NCBI GenBank assembly: GCA_014075295.1
Contig: CP046180.1
Span: forward strand, 554,040 to 618,039
Length of the DNA stretch: 64,000 nt
Source: Candidatus Mycalebacterium zealandia
GTDB lineage: Bacteria; Desulfobacterota_D; UBA1144; Nemesobacterales; Mycalebacteriaceae
Direction: 5' to 3'
Part shown: one piece after another, positions 1 to 7,362 of the stretch
Layout: the number at the start of each line of letters is the position of its first letter
How positions within the stretch are numbered: the stretch's first letter is position 1
The notes under the pieces: generated by a model
Told to the model about the DNA's origin: nothing
Databases searched by the model: none
Seen by the model: only the letters and a program-made list of their open reading frames with translations
Made by a program: the position numbers and the translations under genes

Positions 1-2
1 CG

Positions 3-224
3 TATTCATTCGGAGAGATTCTTGTTCTGTCTCTTTACGAGGAATACACGCGGCGCGGAAATGATTTTGTTTCGGGTTATATGGATCTTCTGTCTTCAGG
101 CGGAAACGACAGTCCCGAAGCGCTGATTCGCAAAACCGGAGTTGACATAAACACGCCGGGTTTCTGGCGCAAAGGGGTGGGGTTTCTTGAAGAATTGCTT
201 GAAGAAGCCCTTTCCCTCGCCTGA
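3..224 (+). CDS. 3' end of an upstream gene (partial); C-terminal tail weakly resembles M3B oligoendopeptidase F
   Basis: Open frame enters from the window edge and stops at TGA 222-224. Translation ends ...DLLSSGGNDSPEALIRKTGVDINTPGFWRKGVGFLEELLEEALSLA, resembling PepF-type C-termini. Confidence 0.3.
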   Translation, partial: YSFGEILVLSLYEEYTRRGNDFVSGYMDLLSSGGNDSPEALIRKTGVDINTPGFWRKGVGFLEELLEEALSLA

Positions 225-236
225 CGGCGCGCTGTC

Positions 237-262
237 CGCGTTGAAACAACGCGCTTCTGTGT
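237..262 (+). terminator. candidate intrinsic terminator after the upstream gene
   Basis: 7-bp stem CGCGTTG / CAACGCG with AAA loop just after the stop codon, followed by a T-rich stretch CTTCTGTGTT. Confidence 0.3.
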
Positions 263-449
263 TAGTTTAGTGCGGTCTCCCGTCGGAGGTTTTTGAAATT
301 GGGATACTTTATCGCTTCATGCGTTGTTACATGGCTGGTTCTCGGATCGTATGTTCTGATTCTGTTTTCCCGTGCCCGTCGTTTGCGCCACCGCGCCTCC
401 GAAGGCGGATTCTCAAGAAAGGACTGAAGTTTGTCCCCCGTATGCAGCG

Positions 450-863
450 ATGTTATCCCCCGGAATTAAAATTGCCGTTCTTGTATTGACGGTTTTGCTT
501 TCAACCGCCTACCTCATCTATGACGGCGTTACCGACACAATGGTCTACTATCTGACCGTTCCCGAACTCAAACGGAGCGCGGAAGAGGGCGAAAGATACA
601 GAGTTTCGGGTCCCGTTGAGAAAAGAAGCATAGTCAAAAAGCGGGACGGAGAGGTGAGTTTTTCCATAAGCGGCGGTTCAGACAGTCTTGAAGTTTCATA
701 CCGGGGCGAAGTTCCCGATACTTTCACCGAAGGTGTTGAAGCTGTTGTTGAGGGGATTTATCGTGGCTCCGAAAGTTTTGAAGCCGACCTTCTTCTGGCA
801 AAGTGTCCCACAAAATATGAATCGGCGGACGGTTTATATCCGGAGAGTGACAAATTCAGATGA
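450..863 (+). CDS. ccmE: cytochrome c-type biogenesis heme chaperone CcmE (CXXXY variant)
   Basis: ORF 372..863; ATG at 450 gives an N-terminal TM helix (IKIAVLVLTVLLSTAYLIY) and an OB-fold body. C-terminal LLAKCPTKYE aligns with the canonical VLAKHDENY heme-binding motif, with Cys replacing His. Stop overlaps the ccmF start. Confidence 0.75.
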   Translation: MLSPGIKIAVLVLTVLLSTAYLIYDGVTDTMVYYLTVPELKRSAEEGERYRVSGPVEKRSIVKKRDGEVSFSISGGSDSLEVSYRGEVPDTFTEGVEAVVEGIYRGSESFEADLLLAKCPTKYESADGLYPESDKFR

Positions 864-2758
864 ACCTTCCCGAGCTGGGCTCGTCCGCGGTCATTTTCTG
901 TTTTCTGCTTTCCGTTTACTGCGCCGTCTGTTCATTCGCCGGAGGCGCTTTGCGCGCCCGCGCTCTGGTAAAAAGCGCGGAAAACGGCGTGGTCGCCGGT
1001 TTTGTTCTGCTTTGCGCGGCGGTCGCGCTTCTGCTCACCGAACTTGTTTCGCTTAACTTTGAACTGAAATACGTGGCTATGAACACGAGTTCAGACCTGC
1101 CCGTTATTTATCGCTTTACCTCTTTGTGGGCGGGGCAGGCGGGGTCGTTGATGCTTTGGTGTCTTGTGCTTGGGGCGTATGCCGCCGTGTTTGTTCTGCG
1201 TTCAGGCGCGCCCGAGCCGCTCAAGACCAATGTTACGGGAGTTATTTCGTGCGTGTCCGCGTTTTTTCTTTTTCTAATTGCGTTTGTTGAAAATCCGTTT
1301 GAAACGCTTCCATTTTCTCCGCAAGAGGGCAGGGGGCTCAACCCCATTCTCCAAAATCCCTATATGGCGATCCATCCGGTTGCGCTGTATATCGGGTATG
1401 TGGGCATAACCGTTCCATACGCTTTGGGCATGGGCGCATTGCTTTGCGGCAGAATGGATGACGCGTGGGTCAACCTGTCGCGCAAGTGGACACTTTTTTC
1501 ATGGGGAGCGCTCAGCCTTGGTTTGTTGCTCGGAGCGCGGTGGGCTTATCTGGAACTCGGCTGGGGCGGCTACTGGGCGTGGGACCCCGTTGAAAACGCG
1601 GCGTTTATGCCTTGGCTTTCGGGAACGGCTTTTCTGCATTCCATAATGGTTCAAAAAAGAAGAAATATGTTTATGAAATGGAACATCTGGCTTCTTGCAA
1701 TCACTTTTTTCCTCTCAATTTTCGGCACTTTCATAACCCGCAGCGGGCTTGTTTCTTCCGTTCACTCGTTCGCCGTTTCAGACATAGGTCCTTTGTTCAC
1801 GGCTTTTCTGCTTTTCATAATAGTTTTTTCATCCGCGCTGTTTTTCCTGCGCAGAGACGGCTTTGAGCGCGAAAGCGGATTTGATTCTGCGCTTTCGCGT
1901 GAGAGCGCGTTTGTATTCAACAATGTGCTTTTTCTCGCGGCGGCTTTCGTGGTTTTTTTCGGAACGGTTTTCCCCATTCTCTCCGAAGCCGTAACCGGAG
2001 ACCGCATACTTGTGGGCGCTCCGTATTTCAACCGGCTTAACGTTCCCATAGGGCTTTTGCTTATAACGCTGATGGGAATAGGTCCGCTTCTGCCGTGGCG
2101 TAAAACCCCTCTGCGCGCTTTTCTGCGTGCGTTTGCAGTTCCGCTCATTTGCACGGCGGCAACTCTTGCGGCTCTTCTGCTTTACGGAATGAGCGAAATC
2201 ACAGCGCTCGCCGCGTTTTCACTCTGCGTTTTTTCGGCGGCATCCGCCGTGCGCGGCATATACAAAGGCGCTAAAACAGCCGGGGCGGTCGGCGGCTACA
2301 TCGTGCACATAGGGGTCGCGCTCATAGTCGCGGGCATTACGGCGTCTTCGGTGTTTGCTACAAAAAGCGAGGCTCTTCTCGCTCCCGGACAGAGTTTCTC
2401 GGTCGGCGGCTACGAGTTGAAATACAACTCAATCAATCGCGGTTCCACTCCCGCCAAAAAGGTTGTTTCCACGCACATTGAGGTTCTAAAAAACGGCGCA
2501 CCGGCGGGTTTTCTGGTTGCTGAAAAAAACCTGTATCTATACGAGGGCAACAGGGAAATTAACCGCGAAACCGAAGTGGGTTTAATCTCAACATGGAAAG
2601 ACGACTTGTATGTCGTTCTCGTGGAAGCGCACGCGGACGATTCTGTTTTGATGGTCGCGGTTTTGAACCCGATGGTGTCATGGATTTGGGCGGGCGGTGT
2701 TGTCGCTTTGTTTGGCGCGGCGTTGTCATTTTTGCGCGCGCGGCGGGGGAGGGCTTGA
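860..2758 (+). CDS. ccmF: cytochrome c-type biogenesis protein CcmF (heme lyase, System I)
   Basis: 632-aa polytopic membrane protein with the WWD-domain signature WGGYWAWDPVENAAFMPWL. ATGA overlap with ccmE. Confidence 0.9.
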   Translation: MNLPELGSSAVIFCFLLSVYCAVCSFAGGALRARALVKSAENGVVAGFVLLCAAVALLLTELVSLNFELKYVAMNTSSDLPVIYRFTSLWAGQAGSLMLWCLVLGAYAAVFVLRSGAPEPLKTNVTGVISCVSAFFLFLIAFVENPFETLPFSPQEGRGLNPILQNPYMAIHPVALYIGYVGITVPYALGMGALLCGRMDDAWVNLSRKWTLFSWGALSLGLLLGARWAYLELGWGGYWAWDPVENAAFMPWLSGTAFLHSIMVQKRRNMFMKWNIWLLAITFFLSIFGTFITRSGLVSSVHSFAVSDIGPLFTAFLLFIIVFSSALFFLRRDGFERESGFDSALSRESAFVFNNVLFLAAAFVVFFGTVFPILSEAVTGDRILVGAPYFNRLNVPIGLLLITLMGIGPLLPWRKTPLRAFLRAFAVPLICTAATLAALLLYGMSEITALAAFSLCVFSAASAVRGIYKGAKTAGAVGGYIVHIGVALIVAGITASSVFATKSEALLAPGQSFSVGGYELKYNSINRGSTPAKKVVSTHIEVLKNGAPAGFLVAEKNLYLYEGNREINRETEVGLISTWKDDLYVVLVEAHADDSVLMVAVLNPMVSWIWAGGVVALFGAALSFLRARRGRA

Positions 2759-3982
2759 ATGAGGTTTGTCATTCTTGCCGTGTTTTTTGCCGCGCCATTT
2801 CTTTTTCCCGGCGACTGCGCGGCAAACGAGGGCGAGGCGCTTTTTGTTGAGCGCGACTGTGTTCGTTGTCACACAATCGGGCGCGGGCGGTTCGCCGGTC
2901 CCGACCTTAAAGGCGTTTTTGACAGATATTCAAAAGATGAAGTTGTTCTCTGGATAACAGATTCTTCCGCCGTTTACGAAGCGCGCGGCGGCGCTCCTGT
3001 GAATGAGGGCTATCCGCCAATGCCGCCGACCAACGTGAGCGAGCGCGAAGCGGAAAAAATCGCGGACTATCTGTTTTCTCTGCACGATGTTGCTTCTGAT
3101 GCGCCTGATGGCGGCGCGCTTTTCGGGAAAGTTGTGAACAAAACCACCGGAAAACCGGCGGCGGATGTAAAGGTTTTACTCTCCTCATTCATCGCCGAGA
3201 GACTGATTTCAGAACGCTCCGAAACCAGTGGCGCGCAAGGCGTTTTTCGTTTTGAAGGGCTTTCGTGGAGCGCGTCTCACAAAATCTCAATCCAAAAAGA
3301 CGGTGTTTTATACGAAACGGACAAAATGGTTTTCGCTCCGCGCCAAAGTGAGATTAAAACCACTTTGCCGATATACGAAACCATAACGGACGACCGCGCG
3401 ATAGGGCTTGAACTCGCGCACATGATAGTTGAGCCATTTGAGGGCGGAATCCGGGTTGCCGAATTTGTTGAGTTCGCGAACAGGGGTAAAACCGCCGTTG
3501 TCGCGGACAATGACGACAAAAACTCCGCCACTCTGCGTTTCGGCGTTCCCGAAGGCACTGAAAATCTGAATTTTATTCACGGCGCGGATTCTTCAAGTGT
3601 TTCGGCGCGAACCGGCGCTTTTGTTCTGCCCGTTCTTCCGGGTCTGAAAAAGATTGTGTTTTCTTACTTAGTGCCGTTTCAAAACAGCGGAAAAACCGTG
3701 TTCACAAAAACGCTTGAATACAAAACTTCATCGTTTGTTGCGATTTCGTCTGACCTGCAAGGCGTTGAGGTTGCGGGGCTTGGAGAAGCAAAGCACGTAA
3801 GCGGCGAAGACGGCAGGGTTTTTCTCAGATGGGAATCAAAAAGAATTGCCAAGGGCGCAAAGATTAAAATCTCAGTCAAATCCCCTTCGCCTGACAAACC
3901 CGCCTGGCTTCTGCCCGTTATGGTGTTCGCGCTTGTTTTGGCGTTTGCGGTTTTATTTCGCAGAGCTCGTCAAACTAATTGA
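2759..3982 (+). CDS. membrane-anchored mono-heme c-type cytochrome with carboxypeptidase-regulatory-like beta-sandwich domain
   Basis: Signal-like N-terminus and a single CXXCH (CVRCH) near the N-terminus. Middle region GKVVNKTTGKPAADVKVLL resembles CarboxypepD_reg/Big folds. C-terminal hydrophobic anchor WLLPVMVFALVLAFAVLF. Start overlaps the ccmF stop (TGAATG). Confidence 0.55.
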   Translation: MRFVILAVFFAAPFLFPGDCAANEGEALFVERDCVRCHTIGRGRFAGPDLKGVFDRYSKDEVVLWITDSSAVYEARGGAPVNEGYPPMPPTNVSEREAEKIADYLFSLHDVASDAPDGGALFGKVVNKTTGKPAADVKVLLSSFIAERLISERSETSGAQGVFRFEGLSWSASHKISIQKDGVLYETDKMVFAPRQSEIKTTLPIYETITDDRAIGLELAHMIVEPFEGGIRVAEFVEFANRGKTAVVADNDDKNSATLRFGVPEGTENLNFIHGADSSSVSARTGAFVLPVLPGLKKIVFSYLVPFQNSGKTVFTKTLEYKTSSFVAISSDLQGVEVAGLGEAKHVSGEDGRVFLRWESKRIAKGAKIKISVKSPSPDKPAWLLPVMVFALVLAFAVLFRRARQTN

Positions 3983-4137
3983 ACTGTTGTTCCAATCCTT
4001 TTTGGAATCGCAATTAGCAATCATCCAATAGAAGACCCGTTGTCTGGTCCTCTGTTGAATAAAAGACCCGATTACAATGTGGGATTGATTCCCCACATTC
4101 GGGGAATAGGCGGAACTTCTTAACTTCTGTTGGGTGG

Positions 4138-4734
4138 TTGCTGGACCCGCCTTTTAATTCCAATCGCAACTATTCCGCTCCAATCGGCAGTGAAGCCGCC
4201 GGAGCGGCTTTCAAAGACACTTGGACTTTTTCAGAAGTGGATAACGTCTGGCACGGAGAGATTGCTGAAAAAGAACCGGCAATTTATGAGGCAATTTCCG
4301 CGAGTGGAATTACACACGGTAAGGGAATGAAGTCATATCTGATTATGATGGCGGTTCGCCTGATTGAAATGAAGCGGGTTTTGAAACCAACCGGAAGCAT
4401 TTATTTGCATTGCGACCCGACAGCGAGCCATTATTTAAAAATGTTGATGGATGCGGTTTTTGGGAAAGAGAATTTTAAAAATGAGATTGTTTGGTGCTAC
4501 GCGAACGCGGGAAGATCAAAAAAGAAGTTTGCTCAAAAGCACGATGTAATTCTCTTTTATTCGAAATCCGAAAAATACGCTTGGACTGATTACAGAATTC
4601 CCGTTTCGGAAGCATATTTGGAAAGCCACTACAGGCAAAAAGATGGCAAGGGGCGAAGGTGTCGCATAAGAGTTGACGCCGGAAAAAAGCGCATTTATTA
4701 CCCGGAAGACGGAATGATTTGCAATGATTGGTAG
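4138..4734 (+). pseudogene. truncated, frame-disrupted beta-class DNA methyltransferase (N6A/N4C type), N-terminal half only
   Basis: Begins directly with motif IV LDPPFNSNRNY, then KRVLKPTGSIYLHCD and ILFYSKSEK typical of beta-class MTases, but ends at 198 aa before any SAM-binding FxGxG motif I. After the in-frame TAG, the same frame continues as ...ERTGYPKSG (HPTQKP-like motif), then shifts frame. Confidence 0.55.
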
Positions 4735-4863
4735 GAACTTCCTTACTTGAATTCTCAATCAAAAGAACGCACCGGCTACCCGAAAAGCGGTTGATTTGGT
4801 AACCTCCCGAATGAGACGGAAAACTACGCTTTTGAAAGGTTTGACCCCATTCATCGAGAGGAC

Positions 4864-5136
4864 GTGCCGACAAGAAAGTCGGGCGCGGAAAATTACAGAG
4901 ACCCCGAAAAGAAGAAGTTTTTATACGGACAGCAAGAGGGCAAATGCAACGGTTGCCGTGTTTTGTTTCCCTATCGCAATATGACGGTTGACCACGAAAC
5001 TCCGCAAAGCAAAGGCGGAGGCGACAACATTGAAAATCTGCAACTTCTCTGCGGGGCTTGTAATTCAATGAAAGGCGCGGGAACGCAAGAAGAGTTAATC
5101 GTCAGACTCAAAGAAGCGGGCGTTAATTACCGCTGA
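4864..5136 (+). CDS. small HNH endonuclease
   Basis: 90 aa with a GTG start. Contains CNGCRV...VDHETPQSKGGGDNIENLQLLCGACNSMKG, a canonical HNH ββα-metal motif with Cys pairs. The frame is open upstream to 4795 without an ATG, so it may be the remnant of a larger MTase-HNH gene. Confidence 0.6.
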   Translation: MPTRKSGAENYRDPEKKKFLYGQQEGKCNGCRVLFPYRNMTVDHETPQSKGGGDNIENLQLLCGACNSMKGAGTQEELIVRLKEAGVNYR

Positions 5137-6717
5137 TTACTTCTCAAAAAACACGCTCATTGCGTCGGCCAGACCTTCGGCGGTGTGCTTTTTCGCGACA
5201 ACGGACGGTTTGAAGCCCGCATCTTCAACAGTTTTTGCCGTGATGGGACCGATACAGCCGATTGAGGATTTACTCAAAATCTCTTTCGCGTTTTTGAAAA
5301 TGGCGAGGAAGTTTGTCGCCGATGACGAACTTGTAAAAACAACCATGTCCACCGCGCCGTCAAACATTTCGCGCCCGACCGCTTTAATTTCGGCGGGTTC
5401 ATGTTTCGGAATTCGCGTGCGGTAGCATGGCGCGGTTTGAACCTTCGCGCCCATTTTCTTCAAGCCCGCCGGAAGCGCGTCTCTGGCTTTTTCAGCTCTT
5501 GGAATAAAAAAGGTTTTTCCGCGAATTCCGCGCTTTTTCATCTCCGCGAGCACTCCCTCGGCGGTGTATTTTTTCGGAATTATGTCCGCTTCTATTCCAA
5601 AGCCGTTCAGGGCTTCGGCGGTTTTGCTTCCTATTGCCACGGTTTGAATTCCCGCGAGCGCCCTTGAATCAAGCGCCTTCTTTTTCATTCTCTCAAAAAA
5701 CCTTTCAACACCGTTTACGCTTGTGAACGCGAGAAAATCGCACGAGGAAAGATTTTTAATAATCCGGTCGGCATTGTTCCATGAACGCGGCGGAACAATC
5801 TCAATGCAGGGAAACGAGATGACTTCCGCGCCGCGCTGTTGCAAAAGTTTTACAAAATCCGCCGATTGACCCGCCGGACGGGTAACGACAATTTTTTTGC
5901 CGAAAAGCGGCTTTGTTTCAAACCAGTTCAATTTTTTCCTCATTCCAATCGCACCTCCCGCTATCACGACCGCCGGAGCGAAATCAGCCCCTTCGCCGCG
6001 GATTTTCGCGCTTATGTTTTCAAGCGTGCCGACAACGGTTTTCTGTTTTCCCGTTGTTCCGCGCGAGGTAACCATAACGGGGGTTTTTCGCGGTTTTTTA
6101 TTTTGTATGAGTTTTTTTGTTATCTCCTCAATGTTGTTCAGAGACATAAGGAAAACAACGGTTTCCATTCCGGCGAGATTTTTCCAGTTCAGGCGCGATT
6201 TTTTGTCGGGCTTCTCATGTCCCGTTACGACAGCGAAAGACGAATTGAAGTCTCTGTGGGTGAGCGGCACGCCTGAGTAAGCCGGAACGGAATAAACTGA
6301 ACTCACACCCGGAATAACCTCAATCACAATGCCGGCGGACAACAGTGCTTCGGTTTCTTCGCCGCCTCTTCCGAACACAAAAGGGTCTCCGCCTTTGAGG
6401 CGCACAACCGTTTTGCCACATTGCGCCTTGTTTATCATCAAGCGGTTAATTTCTTTTTGTTCAAGAGTTTTCATCCCCTTTTTTTTGCCCGCGAAAATCA
6501 TCTCCGCGCCGTGCGGGGCGAATTCCAGCAAAGAATTGTTTGCCAGCGCGTCGTAAATGACCACATCGGCGCACGCAAGAGTTTCCATTCCCTTGACGGT
6601 TATGAGACCCGGGTCTCCGGGTCCCGCGCCGACCAGATAAACCGCCGGTCTGTTTTTTATCGCTTTTCCTTTTTTCATCAGAACTATTAGCAATAACAAC
6701 GGGTGCGATGTTGTCAA
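5137..6717 (-). CDS. cobA: bifunctional uroporphyrinogen-III C-methyltransferase / uroporphyrinogen-III synthase (CobA-HemD fusion)
   Basis: N-terminal VYLVGAGPGDPGLITVKG...GGDPFVFGRGGEE (SUMT signature) and a C-terminal 250-aa HemD-like domain. 526 aa. Confidence 0.85.
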   Translation of the reverse strand: MTTSHPLLLLIVLMKKGKAIKNRPAVYLVGAGPGDPGLITVKGMETLACADVVIYDALANNSLLEFAPHGAEMIFAGKKKGMKTLEQKEINRLMINKAQCGKTVVRLKGGDPFVFGRGGEETEALLSAGIVIEVIPGVSSVYSVPAYSGVPLTHRDFNSSFAVVTGHEKPDKKSRLNWKNLAGMETVVFLMSLNNIEEITKKLIQNKKPRKTPVMVTSRGTTGKQKTVVGTLENISAKIRGEGADFAPAVVIAGGAIGMRKKLNWFETKPLFGKKIVVTRPAGQSADFVKLLQQRGAEVISFPCIEIVPPRSWNNADRIIKNLSSCDFLAFTSVNGVERFFERMKKKALDSRALAGIQTVAIGSKTAEALNGFGIEADIIPKKYTAEGVLAEMKKRGIRGKTFFIPRAEKARDALPAGLKKMGAKVQTAPCYRTRIPKHEPAEIKAVGREMFDGAVDMVVFTSSSSATNFLAIFKNAKEILSKSSIGCIGPITAKTVEDAGFKPSVVAKKHTAEGLADAMSVFFEK

Positions 6718-6789
6718 GATGCGCGCTTGACAACACGCGACTTTTTTTTACCATTACTCACATCCAAACAGTTATCGGAGGTTAGAGGT

Positions 6790-7362
6790 ATGAATAAAAA
6801 AACGGTTCTCTATTTTGCATCGGCGATTTTTTGCGTCGCTGTGTTTTCGCCGTCGTTTTCCCTTGCGGACGGTGATTGCTCATATTCAAAAAAAGGCGGG
6901 GAAAAGAGTTTTTGGAGCAGAATCACCGGCGGGGACAAAGAAAACGGAGAGCACGGAGAGAAAAGGCGCCGTTGCCACAAAGACAAGTACGGACACGGCA
7001 AGCGCGGCTTGGACGCGTTCTGGTGGAGAAGCGCGGACATGGCGGAGCGTTTGCGGCTTAGCGACGAGCAAATTAAGCGGTTGGACGGAATTGCCGCTTC
7101 AAGCCATGAAAAAATCTCAAACGCGTATGAAAAGGCGTTTGAAGAGAAACAGCGGTTCAGAAAAGTTATGAAAGAATCTGGCTCGTCCGCCGATGAAATC
7201 AAAGCGGCGGCGCAGAGGAAATACACGGCAATGACGGAGAAAAAACACGCACGGTTGGAGATGATACTCGCGATGCGCGAAGTTCTCACACCAGAGCAAA
7301 GAAGGGATTTTTCCGTTTTGAAACACAAAGGGCGCAAGGGATGCGGAAAGTCCGGGCGGTAG
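6790..7362 (+). CDS. periplasmic Spy/CpxP/ZraP-family protein with LTXXQ motifs
   Basis: ATG at 6790 with RBS GGAGG. Signal peptide MNKKTVLYFASAIFCVAVFSPSFSLA. Two LTXXQ-like motifs (LSDEQIKRL, LTPEQRRDF). His/Lys/Cys-rich N-terminal stretch GEHGEKRRRCHKDKYGHGKRG. Confidence 0.6.
   Translation: MNKKTVLYFASAIFCVAVFSPSFSLADGDCSYSKKGGEKSFWSRITGGDKENGEHGEKRRRCHKDKYGHGKRGLDAFWWRSADMAERLRLSDEQIKRLDGIAASSHEKISNAYEKAFEEKQRFRKVMKESGSSADEIKAAAQRKYTAMTEKKHARLEMILAMREVLTPEQRRDFSVLKHKGRKGCGKSGR

Noticed and set aside
688-2154. Multiple Arg-rich alternative-frame ORFs inside ccmE/ccmF (688..1056, 1612..1866, 1762..2154)
   Set aside because: They are out-of-frame products of GC-rich membrane-protein codons. 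No independent signals.
3990-4103. Two hairpins after the cytochrome c gene (TTCCAA-TCCTTT-TTGGAA; ATTCCCC-ACATTC-GGGGAAT)
   Set aside because: Neither is followed by a U-tract, so calling them intrinsic terminators is not supported. They may be RNA stabilisers or remnants of the inserted MTase/HNH element.
4796-4984. 62-aa ORF (MVTSRMRRKTT...) between the MTase fragment and HNH
   Set aside because: It is the shifted reading frame of the decayed MTase/HNH region, not an independent gene.
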